Positions 1-11,473 of a stretch of DNA of 64,000 nt are shown in pieces. A program made the translations under genes and the position numbers. This stretch comes from Octopus sinensis (lineage: Eukaryota), in contig NC_043019.1 of NCBI RefSeq assembly GCF_006345805.1, positions 13,019,360 to 13,083,359 of the forward strand. Reading direction: 5' to 3'. Each line of letters begins with the position of its first letter. Position 1 is the first letter of the stretch. A model generated the notes under the pieces. It made no database searches. It saw nothing but the letters and a program-made list of their open reading frames with translations, and was not told where the DNA came from.

Positions 1-405
1 AAAAAGCAGTCAAGAATGCTTATTTCTATTTTCCACAAGTTCCTACCGTTAATTGGCTATATTTACATACCGAATTCTACTAGTAAATAATTGTAGTCTT
101 TTTTTTAAAAACCATTATAGAAATTGTTTACTCTTATTATTATATTATATATATATAGATATATATATATATATATATGATAAATATATATTATTGAAAT
201 TCTGTTGCTGTCTATATGTGAGCCAGGTTGACAGGATTACAATGACATTGCACTGCCTCATAGCCAGTGCCTATGAAGACTAGTGATTATAATTATGTTA
301 AGTTCTAATGACCAGTTGTTTGTCCTGTTTTGGCAAATCAGAATTATGAAGCCTGTTTGTGTGCGTGTGTGTGAGAGAGAGAGTCTGTATGTATGTGTGT
401 GTATA

Positions 406-436
<31 letters not shown>

Positions 437-442
437 TATATA

Positions 443-896
443 GAGAGTACTATTATTCATAGGTACCGCACACTAGGAGGGACCTTTGCAGTCAAAACTA
501 CTAAAATAAAAAAATTTTAAATTTATATTTTTCACCGGAATATTTCAATACTGAATTTTTGTTCCGAATAGGCAAATTGTTACCGAAATGCATTGCGAAT
601 AAGCCCGCCATTTTCATAGATATGTAAAGATAAACATTCGTACATGCTACGACGAATTCTTACGGTTGACTGTCGGGTATGCTATCTTGTGTTTTTTCTT
701 ACATTCTTGAGTTCGTTGCACTGAAGAGCATAGAATGCATATTCTGCATTGATTGCGAAATCACAGTGATATGTAACTAAATTCTGTTTTTAAATGACTT
801 GCTTTGAAGTTTTGCATTCGGTAAAATTTGTTTTTTTAGTAGTTTTGACTGCAAAGGTCCCTCCTAGCGTGCGGTACCTATGAATATAGTACCCTC
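443..896. mobile_element. Non-autonomous TIR element (MITE), ~455 bp, GAG...CTC termini
   Basis: ~55-bp imperfect TIR GAG(A/G)GTACTAT(T)ATTCATAGGTACCGCAC.CTAGGAGGGACCTTTGCAGTCAAAACTACTAAAA; flanked by TA-rich tracts. Confidence 0.8.
715..777 (+). ncRNA. Type-I hammerhead ribozyme-like motif inside a TIR element
   Basis: GTTGCA / CTGAAGA / GCA..TGC / GAAA / TCAC-A-GTGA / TA / TGTAAC: 6-bp stem I, intact core, 3-bp stem II base, AUA site. Confidence 0.5.
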
Positions 897-1008
897 ATAT
901 ATATAAATAAATATTTTCAAAGTGGAAAAATTTACAGATTTTTTCTCTTACGAGGTTTTTCACGCTAACTACTGATAATTTCTTATAAGAGTTTATCCTT
1001 AATTTTAA

Positions 1009-1052
<44 letters not shown>

Positions 1053-1515
1053 GAGATGTTAAGAATTATTATTATTATAAAGTCACTTAATGTAACAGAT
1101 ACAAAATACTTATCCTGTCCAATTAAAGAAAAGAAGTAAAAAGAATCTTTAAACCTAATTCTGTGCTCTTTCCACTTTTACTTTTTACCTATGTATGTAT
1201 ATGAATATACACATGTATATATACACTTATGTACATACATTATGTGTGTGTGTGTATTCACGTATATTATATATATATATATATATTTATCTTTGGTTAA
1301 TGAGAGATGGAAGATACGAGAATTTTTATTAATCACTACAATTGTTTTGATGCACCTGGCATCAATTCCATGAGATTACGGAGGTGCTTCAGCATGGCCA
1401 CGGTCAAACAACTGAAACAAGTAAAAGATAAAAGAAATGTGTATACATATATATATATATATAAGAAATACTAAATTTCTAAATCTCTCGTAGAGACATG
1501 TACGGTGGTGGGGCG

Positions 1516-1771
1516 ATAGAATGGTTGTATACTGTCAATCTAACACAAACGTGACAGTAGGGGGTACACCACCGCTGTATAGACCTAGGAAGCATCAACG
1601 CCTCCTGATGGCTTTGACACATTTTTCCCTGTGTCCTTATATACATTTAAATGTATATAAGGACACAGGGAAAAATGTGTCAAAGCGTCGATGCTTCCTA
1701 GGGCTATACAGCGGTGGTGTACCCCCCTACTGTCACGTTCGTGTTAGATTGACAGTATACAACCATTCTAT
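1516..1771. repeat. Spacerless palindrome centred at 1648/1649
   Basis: ...TATACATTT|AAATGTATA...; the left arm has an ~11-nt insertion relative to the right. Confidence 0.9.
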
Positions 1772-1886
1772 ATATATATATACCAGAGTAAACACATAAA
1801 TGTGAAACAAGGTGGAAAAAAGAGTACTCAAATACCAGTGGTAGAGTAATATGCTTTATTTAAAGCAGCAGAAAATTCAACAAAAC

Positions 1887-1924
1887 CTGTTACTCTGAGT
1901 TTCACGTTGCCGTTCGTCGGACAG
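1887..1924 (-). ncRNA. Minimal type-I hammerhead ribozyme (U4C core variant)
   Basis: Reverse complement: CTGT CCGACGA ACG-GCAA-CGT GAAA CTCAGAG TA ACAG. GUA site; AATAAA follows downstream. Confidence 0.7.
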
Positions 1925-2616
1925 TTTTTGCTAGAACCGTGAAACTCAGAGTAACAGGTTTTGTTGAATTTTCTGCTGCTTTAAATAAAGTATATATATA
2001 ATATGTGTGTGTGTGCGGTGTATATATATAATATAGGTAATATATAGAGGTAATGGTGTCATTGAGACCCAAAGGTGTCAGTTAATGCTGAATTAGTGCT
2101 ATAGATAGACCATAGTTTAGTTCCAGGTTCGGTGATTTTGCGAATAAGGGGTTCAACGTTGGTCATATGTCAGCGTGTGTATATAAACATTTTTTTTCAT
2201 AACGTGATAAAAAAAACCAAGGCTGTGTAGATTTTAGAACATTTAAATCTACACAGCCTTGGTTTTTTTAACAAATTACGAAAAAAAAATTTATATATAT
2301 ATATACAATATATATATATATATATATACATATATCTATATATATATATATACATATATATATGTAAAAGCATATGTGGTATATGTATATATATGTGTAT
2401 TTGTGTCTGTGTAAATATATATATATATATTTGTTTTATTCATACATATAAGCACATGGACACATAGACATACTTACAGTCTGAGGAAGCTGATCCTTGG
2501 CAAAACTTTGAAGTCCTTCTCAACTTTTTGTTTTTAAAAATAAATATTATTCTCTACTTAATATCTTAAGTGGTCTTTCAATTAATGCCTGACTTTTTTG
2601 CATGACTATACATTAA

Positions 2617-2650
<34 letters not shown>

Positions 2651-3169
2651 ATAGAAATATTAAAATTACTAAGTCTTATTTTTAAGAATGCCATATTAGT
2701 ATGGCGATAACTATATATATATATATAATCAATAATAAAAGGGTAAAATTAATTGATTATTAATTAATCAATTTTACCAAGTAGTGTTCAGTATGTAAAA
2801 AGACCATTTATGGTATATCTAAAACATTACGTTATATAATTAGGGTTCAGTAAAAAAATTTACTTTACCACACACTGAACTTTTAGAAATAGCAGCCAAA
2901 AAATCTTAGCTATTTCTTCTACTATTGTTTGGGAGATTTTTCTTATAGTAGAAGAAATAGCTAAGATTTTTTGGCTGCTATTTCTAAAAGTTTGGTGTGT
3001 GGTAAAGTAAATTATTTTACTGAACCCTAATTATATACCGTATATATATATATATATATATACCCACACACATATACATGTATAATGTTGTTTGTGTGCA
3101 TATGAAATCTGTATATATATGAAGAAGAGGAACACAGTTAACCCAGGCAGGACATGTTTATCAGTTGCT

Positions 3170-3512
3170 AATTTTTTAGCTACAAATCTCTCATGGAAGC
3201 GCCATCCAACCAAAATGCAAATATATGGGAAACTACCACCTGTGTCATCTCTTTTGAAAGGTAGGAGAGTCCAGTTTGCTGGACATTGTTGTAGAGCTGA
3301 AAAAGAGGTAATTTCTACTCTTCTCCTCTGGAAGCCATCTACTCGCAATACCAGAGGGCACACACTCTCCTACCCTGATGTAACTCTCCGGATACAGGCA
3401 TCCAGCAACAGGACCTCCGTAATGCCATGATGGACCATGAAGTCTGGCGTAGCATGGTAAATTCCATTGCCTCGACCACGGTCGAACAATGAATGATGAT
3501 GATGATGATTTT
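3170..3512 (+). mobile_element. 5'-truncated RTE-like LINE 3' end with (TGA)n tail
   Basis: Encodes ...GRRVQFAGHCCRAE...; homologous copy at 40865-41260. Confidence 0.75.
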
Positions 3513-4273
3513 CAGTTGCATTTAAATTAGCTTAATGCTGAAGCGAAATAAGTAAAAATAATAGTGTCTTAGAGATAAAATAGAAAATTTCTATCTGTAA
3601 ATCTCTCAACGAGACATTCAATAACAGTACTCTGGAGTAAAGATTATTTGCCAATATAATGTGGCAGTTGAATGTTACTGCTATTTAGCCCCAGGAAACA
3701 TCGTCTCCTGCTGGCTATATGATACACTCTGTGTCCTTATATTTTTGAACAAGGGAGTTTAGCATCCCCACTTAGCACAAAGCAATATCTGTGTATCGCA
3801 ATTTCTGAATTATTTCCCTTCATCAGCCTAGAATAACTTTGGCTAGAGGTTGTGCTCCTAAATTCTTCATCATCATCATCGTTTTGTTTGTAATATATAG
3901 TTTTCAAAGTGACACATTGTTACTGATCTGATAAAAAGAAGATTTCTCTTTGTAAAAATCTCAACGAGATACATTCAGTAACAGTACTTCAGAGTAAAGA
4001 TTATTTGCCAACATAATGTGGGAGTCAAATGTTACTGTTATTTAATCCCAGGAAACATGTCTCTAGCTTGTTTGAAGTGATCACTAGTGATGGCAATGTT
4101 ATGCCTCTATTCACCTTCCCACACGACCTCAGACCCATCACGGAGATCTACATCAAGTGCCTGGATGAGGTAGTGCTGTCCTGGGTCAAGAGGGTGGCTG
4201 CCAGAAGACCTGATATCTGGTAACAGGACTCTGCACCATGCCACACAAGCAGGATGTATATATATGATATGTA

Positions 4274-4307
<34 letters not shown>

Positions 4308-4402
4308 GTTAATCCAAACAAGAAAACACAAAAAAACACAACGCGAGGATGTGGAACAATTATAGTATTATTGGACGCTCAGGAAAGAAGGGAAGAAGGA
4401 GG

Positions 4403-4437
4403 GTTTAACGTTTCGAGCGGAGCTCTTCGTCGGAAAC
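4403..4437 (-). ncRNA. Minimal type-I hammerhead ribozyme (U4C, extra A after A9) in a ~210 bp element flanked by (TA)n (about 4305-4510)
   Basis: Reverse complement: GTTT CCGACGA A GAGC-TCC-GCTC GAAA CG TT AAAC. Palindromic ACGU stem III. Confidence 0.6.
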
Positions 4438-4503
4438 ATAGGAGAAGGAAAGATCCCGAGAAGGGAAGACAAGAAAAAAAAATCGCCAACGGTACACACG
4501 AGG

Positions 4504-4543
<40 letters not shown>

Positions 4544-4544
4544 T

Positions 4545-4890
4545 TGTATTGTTGGGCAATCTGAGGCTGATCTTAGCCAGCGAAAAAATGGCCAAAAATC
4601 TTCAAATTCCTCTTGCTTACTATTAATAGAATTTTAGTGCAGTTCAAAAGCCAAGGAAAAGAATCCGCAGATTCTTGTCCCAGCTGACCTGGGCCCTTGG
4701 AAAGGAAGCTCTGCTGTTTGAAGAAAATTGTGGAAAATGAACCCCGTTCCAAGGCCTCAGACATTGCAAAACAGCTAGAAGTTAGTCCAAGAACGTGTGT
4801 TACATATCTGCATAAGCTTGGGTATTATGGACGAGCAGCTAGAAGAAAACCTCTCCTCAACCAATTAATATCAAATAAAAGATTTTGAAA
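4545..4890 (+). pseudogene. Tc1-family transposase N-terminal relic
   Basis: SDIAKQLEVSPRTCVTYLHKLGYYGRAARRKPLL, a Tc1/Tc3 HTH-RKP motif. Confidence 0.75.
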
Positions 4891-5184
4891 ATTAACGGTG
4901 TCTATTTACTTCCTGCATGTCTGTGTATATAAAACAGTGCATGACCTAGTGGTTAGGGAAGTCGACTCGTGTTCATGAGATCGTGGTTTCAATTTCTAGA
5001 TCAAGTGGTAAACACTTCATCTCATATTACTCTGCAGTCACTTTATGTTGCACACAGTACACTCGTTCAGATGACGTTGACTTGATGGAGAGAGCGAGCA
5101 CGAACATTTGATCACTATAAACAAATCGTTTATACAAGTTGTTCAACAAAAGCTGAACGCTCATACATTGAGTCCATCGTATAT

Positions 5185-5645
5185 ATTGGGTTGTCCGGAA
5201 AGTTTGTGCCGATTTTTAAAGGAAAGAAAAAGGTCAATAAATAATTGCCATTACATATTTAATCAACCAAATATGAACCATTTTGTTGCACAATGCATCT
5301 CCATCTTTCCTTTAACTTGAAAATACCCCCTTCCCAGAATTGAGGTGGTTTCATGGCAAGACTATTCTGCAGAGATCTGAATATGTGGAAATCCGAAGGA
5401 GCAATATTTGGTGAATATGGAGGATGGAGTAACACATCTCAGCCGAGCTGCAGCAATTTTTGTCTGGTTCCCAAAGCATCAAGTGCCGAAAATGAACTTT
5501 CTTATCTTCCATTTTAAAGGGTTACAGAATTAACACGGGTCATAGGAACATAAATCTTCTTCCACGAAAAGATAGCTTAAACTGTGCTCTAAATGGAGGT
5601 GTAGTCAAATCCTATTTTATGGACTCAACCATGTTCTAAAAGCCA
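5185..5645 (-). mobile_element. Mariner 3' end relic with TIR
   Basis: Reverse complement encodes PPYSPNIAPSDFHIFRSLQNSL; terminus TA|TTGGGTTGTCCGGAAAG. Confidence 0.75.
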
Positions 5646-6366
5646 TATGAGTTGATTTGGTAGACAGAAACTGAAAGAAGCCCTTCACATATATACATAT
5701 ATATAGGCACAGATGTAAATGTGTGGTAAGAAGTTTGTTTCCCAATCACATGGTTCTGGGTTGTCCCACTGCGTGGCACCTTGGGTGTCTTCTACTATAG
5801 CCTCAGTCTGACCAAAGCCTTGTGAGTAGATTTGGTAGACGGAAACTGAAAGAAGCCTGTTGTATATATATATGTATGTATGTATTTGTGTATCTGTTTG
5901 TCCCTCCACCATCGCTTGACAACATGACAACCGATGCTGGTGTGTTTACGTCCCCGAAACTCAGCGGTTTGCCAAAAGAGACCGATAGAATAAGTACTAG
6001 GCTTACAAAGAATAAGTCCTGGGGTCGATTTGTTCGACTAAAGGTGATGCTCCAGCATGGCTGCAGTCAAAATGACTGAAATACGTAAAAGAGTAAGCAT
6101 GACTGGCATATATGCATTGTTGTTCATTTCCAGTCTGCCACGGAAGATATTGCCTTGCTTGGAAACAGGAGTGTTGGTGACAGGAAGGGCATCCACCTAT
6201 AGAAAATCTGTCAGAACAAATTCTGCCCGACTCATACAATCATAAAATGAAAGTTAGACGAAACTGATGAGATCAACTCAATCTGAGTTAGCCTGGGGCT
6301 AAACCCACACACAAATATAATAAAAAAGAAAAAGAAGCGAATACAGGAAATAATAGTTGGTATTAC

Positions 6367-6372
6367 TTTATT
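6367..6372 (-). terminator. Probable polyadenylation signal (AATAAA) of UQCRB
   Basis: tttatt on the plus strand, about 45 nt downstream of the UQCRB stop. Confidence 0.6.
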
Positions 6373-6417
6373 CTGTACAATTTTTCCTAAATATTCAATA
6401 GCTAGAAGTTGATGCCA

Positions 6418-6495
6418 TTATTTACTGTTCCATAGCTGACGTTCTTTCCTCTCTTTAATCACTTCTTCAATATAGGGTTTCAAATACTGGACATC
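6418..6495 (-). CDS. UQCRB: UQCRB exon 4 (DVQYLKPYIEEVIKERKERQLWNSK*)
   Basis: ttctttacag|GATGTCCAG...AAATAA. YL.PY..EV..ERKER..W C-terminus. The four exons total 336 nt = 111 aa + stop. Confidence 0.94.
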   Translation of the reverse strand, partial: DVQYLKPYIEEVIKERKERQLWNSK

Positions 6496-6568
6496 CTGTA
6501 AAGAAATAAACCTTGCCAATTAGTGAAGTTTTAAATACTTAGGATATATATATATATATATACATATA

Positions 6569-6914
6569 TATAGAAAATAGTAAACAATGAAAAAACTACA
6601 GAAGGCTTGTTTTAAAAGGTTAAAAAATATATATTTGAGTCAATATGTCTGAAGAATATTATAAATTTTTTTCTTACAATGACATAGTTTAGAAGAAATG
6701 ACCGGTTTCGCGTTCAGCTTTTCAAATTTCTTACATAAACATAACGATGTAAGAAATTTGAAAAGCTGAACGCGAAACGGTCATTTCTTCTAAACTATGT
6801 CATTGTAAGAAAAAAATTTATAATATTCTTCAGACATATTGACTCAAATATATATTTTTTAACCTTTTAAAACAAGCCTCCTGTAGTTTTTTCACTTTTT
6901 ACTATTTTCTATAT
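6569..6914. repeat. Long fold-back palindrome (~165-bp arms, 10-nt loop)
   Basis: 6569-6736 is the near-perfect reverse complement of 6747-6914. Confidence 0.92.
6693..6732 (-). ncRNA. Minimal type-I hammerhead ribozyme with U3-A8 covariant core, sense in UQCRB intron 3
   Basis: Reverse complement: AAGAAAT TTGAAAA GC-TGAAC-GC GAAA CCGG TC ATTTCTT. Perfect 7-bp stem I, palindromic ACCGGU stem III, GUC site; stem II only 2 bp. Confidence 0.68.
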
Positions 6915-6952
6915 ATTCAACCACGTGCTTTCACAAACCAACTTTCTCACAC

Positions 6953-6989
<37 letters not shown>

Positions 6990-7725
6990 CATACATATAT
7001 ACATGCACATACATACATACATTGCATCAGCATGGCCGTAGCTCTGAGCTGAAACGAGAGAGAAAAAAGAAATACACACACACACATACATATATACACA
7101 CATACATACATATACACACACATATACATACATACATACATATATATACACACACATATAATGATCTTTAACATGCTAAATGGATTCACATGCTAAAGAC
7201 CATTAGTTAAAAGGGCCAATGAAACAAAACCATTTTCAAACGTGTATCCTATTTCTTTACTACCCACAAGGGGCTAAACACAGAGAGGACAAACAAGGAC
7301 AGACAAACGGATTAAGTCGATTGCATCGACCTCAGTGCGTAACTGGTACTTATTTAATCGACCCCGAAAGAATGAAAGGCAAAGTCGACCTTGGCAGAAT
7401 TTGAACTCAAAACGTAGCGACAGACGAAATACCTATTTCTTTACTACCCACAAGGGGCTAAACACAGAGAGGACAAACAAGGACAGACAGACGGATTAAG
7501 TCGATTGCATCGACCCCAGTGCGTAACTGGTACTTATTTAATCGACCCCGAAAGAATGAAAGGCAAAGTCGACCTCGGCGGAATTTGAACTCACAACGTA
7601 GCGGTAGACGAAATACCACAAAGCATTTCGCCTGGCGTGCTAACGTTTCTGCCAGCTCACCACGTGTATCCATTAAACTAATTGTATATGTTTGCTTATA
7701 ACCTTATTTCTGTTCCATTCTAAAC

Positions 7726-7772
7726 AAAACTGTTTGATCGAACGGGAACGTGAAACTCTGAGTAACAGTTTT
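7726..7772 (+). ncRNA. Hammerhead relic of the 1887-1924 family (mutated core)
   Basis: AAAACTGT TTGATCGA ACG-GGAA-CGT GAAA CTCTGAG TA ACAGTTTT. 8-bp stem I intact, core altered. Confidence 0.55.
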
Positions 7773-7804
7773 TGTGATTTTTTGCTGCTTTTCAATAAAG
7801 TATA

Positions 7805-9900
7805 TATCATCATCATCATCATCATCTAATGTCCGTTTTCCATGCTAGCATGGGTTGGACGGTTCAACTGGGGTCTGGGAAGCCAGAAGGCTGCGCCAGG
7901 CTCCAGTCTAATCTGGCAGTGTTTCTACAGCTGGATGCCCTTCCTAACGCCAACCACTCCGAGAGTGTAGTGGGTGCTTTTTATGTGCCACCTGCACAGG
8001 TGCCAGACAAGGCTGGCAAACGGCCACGATCGAATGGTGCTTTTTACGTGCCACTGGCACGGGGGCCAGACGAGGCTGGCAATGGCCACAATCGGATGGT
8101 GCTTTTTATGTGCCACCGGCACGGAGGCCAGTCGGGGCGGCGCTGGCAACGGCCACGTTTGGACGGTTCTCTTACGTGCCACCGGCTCTGGTATCTCAGC
8201 TACAATTTCCATTGATGTTGAAAGATTTCGATTTCGATTTTCACTTGCCTCAACAGGTCTTCACAAGAAGGAAAGGTATGCATAAGTGGGCTGGCTACGT
8301 CCCAGGTAGAGGCCATGGGTTATGGTCTCACTTGTCCTGCCGGGTCTTCCCACGCACAGCATACTTCCATAGGTCTCGGTCTCTGGTCATTTCCTCGGTG
8401 AGACCTAAAGTTTGAAGGTCGTTCTTCACCACCTCATCCCAGGTTTTCCTGGGTCTACCTCTTCCACAGGTTCCCTCAACTGCCAGGGTGTGGCACTTTT
8501 TCACACAACTATCTTCATCCATTCTCGCTACATGACCATACCAGCGCAAACGTCTCTCTTGCACACCACAACTGATGCTTCTTAGGTCCAACTTTTCTCT
8601 CGAGGCACTTACACTCTGTCGATCATGAACACTGACATTACACATCCATCGGTGCATACTGGCTTCATTTCTCACGAGCTTACGCATATCCTCAGCAGTC
8701 ACAGTCCAAGTTTCACTGCCATGTAGCATGGCTATTCGTACACGTGTCATACAGTCTGCCTTTTATTCTGAGCGAGAGGCCTTTTGTCACCAGCAGAGGT
8801 AAGAGCTCTCTAAACTTTGCCCAGGCTATTCTTACTCTAGCAGTTACACTTTCAGCACACCCGCCCCCGCTACAGACTTGGTCACCTAGGTAACAGAAGC
8901 TATCAACTACTTCTAGTTTTTCTCCCTAGAATGTGGCAGAAGTTGGTCTCTGAGCATTTTCAGTGTCTATTGCTCCTGAGCATCTGCCACATACAAAAAC
9001 TATCTTCCCAGTTAGCCTTCCTTTGACATTGCTGCACCTCTTATGTGTCCATAGCTTACACTTGGTGCATCTTATAGAGTTTCTACCTATGCCTTTTCTA
9101 CGGATCGAGCAGGGCCATCTACCTGAAGGCGTTTGTGATTTGCCTGCCTTCCTACATATTAGGACTTTGGTTTTAGCTAGGTTGATTTTAAGGCCCTTCG
9201 ATTCTAATCCTTGTCTCCACACTTGAAACTTTGCCTCTAGTTCTGATAGTGACTCAGCAATTAGAGCAAGGTCATCAGCATATAGGAGCTCCCAGGGGCA
9301 TCCTGTCTTGAATTCCTCCGTTATTGCCTGGAGGACTATGATAAATAGGAGGGGGCTGAGGACTGAACCTTGGTGGACCCCTACCTCTACTCTGAATTCT
9401 TTAGTGTACTCGTTGCCAACCCTCACCTTACTTACAGCGTCTCTGTACATGGCTTGCACAGCTCTCACTAACCATTCATCTATCCCTATTTTCCTCATTG
9501 ACCACCAGATAAGGTATCGGGGGACCCTGTCAAAGGCTTTCTCCATGTCAACGAAAGCCAGGTACAGGGGCTTATCCTTGGCTAGGTATTTCTCCTGCAG
9601 CTGTCTCACCAGAAATATGGCATCAGTGGTGCTTTTTCCTGGCACGAAACCAAACTGCATCTCATCCAAGCTGACTCTCTCCCTAATCAGTTGGGCTATG
9701 ATCGTCTCCGTAACCTTCATTACCTGATCCAACAGCTTGATACCTGTGTAATTATTTGTATCTAAAGCGTCACCCTTACCTTTGTAGCAGTTTTGACTAT
9801 TATGCTGCTACACCAGTCATTGGGTATGACTCCTTCGTGTATCACCTGGTTAACTATACGGGTGACTAGGCTGCTCCAACATGGCCACAGCTGCATGACT
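7805..9900 (-). mobile_element. 5'-truncated RTE-clade LINE: RT domain, C-terminus, minisatellite 3'UTR, (ATG)n tail
   Basis: ORFs 8926-9732 (QFGFVPG, DMEKAFDRV, GVHQGSVLSP, YADD) and 8328-8750 (RRLRWYGHV, RGRPRKTW); frameshifted. Confidence 0.92.
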
Positions 9901-10275
9901 AAAAAGATATATATATATATATTAGGAAGGGCATCCAGCTGTAGAAACACTGCCAGATCTGACTGGCCTGGTGCAGCCTTCGGGCTCCCTAGACCCCAGT
10001 TGAACCGTCCAACCCATGCTAGCATGGAAAGCGGACGTTAAATGATGATGATGATATACACACACACATGACAAACTGATTTCAGTTTGCATCTACCAAT
10101 TTCACTCACAAGGCTTCGGTTGGCCTGTGGCTATAGAAGAAGACATCTGCCAAAAGTGCCACTTAGTGGGATTGAACCCAGAACCATGTGGTTGGGAAGC
10201 AAACTTCTTACCACACAGCCAAACCTGCAACCTTCTGTTAAATATATCTATAGAGAAAATGTCTTCATAACTTAC

Positions 10276-10442
10276 ATCTTGAAGCTGTGTCCACTCCTCT
10301 TTCGGCAACACGATTTTCTTGTTACTAAGATTCAATGCACGAATAAGACGAAAGTTCCGTGCATCGTAGATGTCCTTGGGCAGGCGCCGGATGGCCTCCT
10401 TCACATCCTCACTTTCTCGTCGCACGTCATCTCGCATCAAAC
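10276..10442 (-). CDS. UQCRB: UQCRB exon 3 (GLMRDDVRRESEDVKEAIRRLPKDIYDARNFRLIRALNLSNKKIVLPKEEWTQLQD)
   Basis: gtctttag|GTTTGATG...CAAGAT|gtaagt. Carries the signature GLMRDD...V.EAIRRLP...R.FR..RAL.L...LPKE.WT of QCR7/UQCRB. Confidence 0.96.
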
Positions 10443-11473
10443 CTAAAGACGAAAAAACAATTCAGGTTGATTAAGCAACACAAATATTTTTTGAATTGAA
10501 CATTTTATGTACTGCTAAACGTTAAACATTAACTAAACCCTTTAGCATTCAGGTTATTCTGTCAAAAAGGCGGCGAGCTGGTAGAAACGTCAGCACGCCG
10601 GGCGAAATGCTTAGCGGTATTTCGTCTGTCAAAAAGGCGGCGAGTTGGCTGAAGCGTTAGCACGCCAGGCGAAATGCTTAGCGGTATTTTGTCTGCCGTT
10701 ACGTTCCGAGTTCAAATTCCGCCGAGGTTGACTTTACCTTTCATCCTTTCGGGGTCGATAAATTAAGTACCAGTTACGCACTGGGGTCGATGTAATCGAC
10801 TTAATACCTATGTCTGTCCTTGTTTGTCTGCTCTGTGTTTAGCCCCTTGTGGGTAATAAAGAAATAGGTATTTCGTCTGCTGTTATGTTCTGAGTTCAAA
10901 TTCCGCTGCGGTCAACTTTGCCTTTCATCTTTTGGGGTTGATAAATTAAGTACCTAATATTTCTTTATTACCCACAAGGGGCTAAACATAGAGGGGACAA
11001 ACAAGGACAGACATAGGTATTAAGTCAATTACATCGACCCCAGTGCGTAACTGGTACTTAATTTATCGACCCCGAAAGGATGAAAGGCAAAGTCGACCTC
11101 GGCGGAATTTGAACTCACAACGTAATGCAGACGAAATACCGCTAAGCATTTCGCCCGGCGTGCTAACGTTTCGGCCAGCTTGCCGCCTTTGATAAATTAA
11201 GTACCAGTTACGCTTTGGGGTCAATCTACTCGACTTAATCCCTTTGTCCTTGTTTGTCCCCTTGTGGACAATAAAGAAATAAGATTATTCTGTCAATTAC
11301 AATACATATTCATTCACATTCATCTGAATTAATCATGCATTATCCTGTAGTCTTGAAATTCCAATGACGTGATTGTTGATTTTTATGACATTGTTGAGTA
11401 GGTGTGAGAGGTCAGATATGGCCAGTTTGAACATAAAATAAGTAAAAAAATTCTGGGTTGGATATGGCTGGTT

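Noticed and set aside
6265-6295. CTGATGA-GAT..ATC motif (also CTGA.GA hits at 2481, 6648, 19383, 38764, 49238, 54065)
   Set aside because: No GAAA/stem III/stem I in register; these are chance heptamers.
6485-6500. Tc1-like TIR end (GGACATCCTGTA) at the UQCRB exon 4 boundary
   Set aside because: It is simply the reverse complement of the acceptor tacag|GATGTCC; there is no partner TIR.
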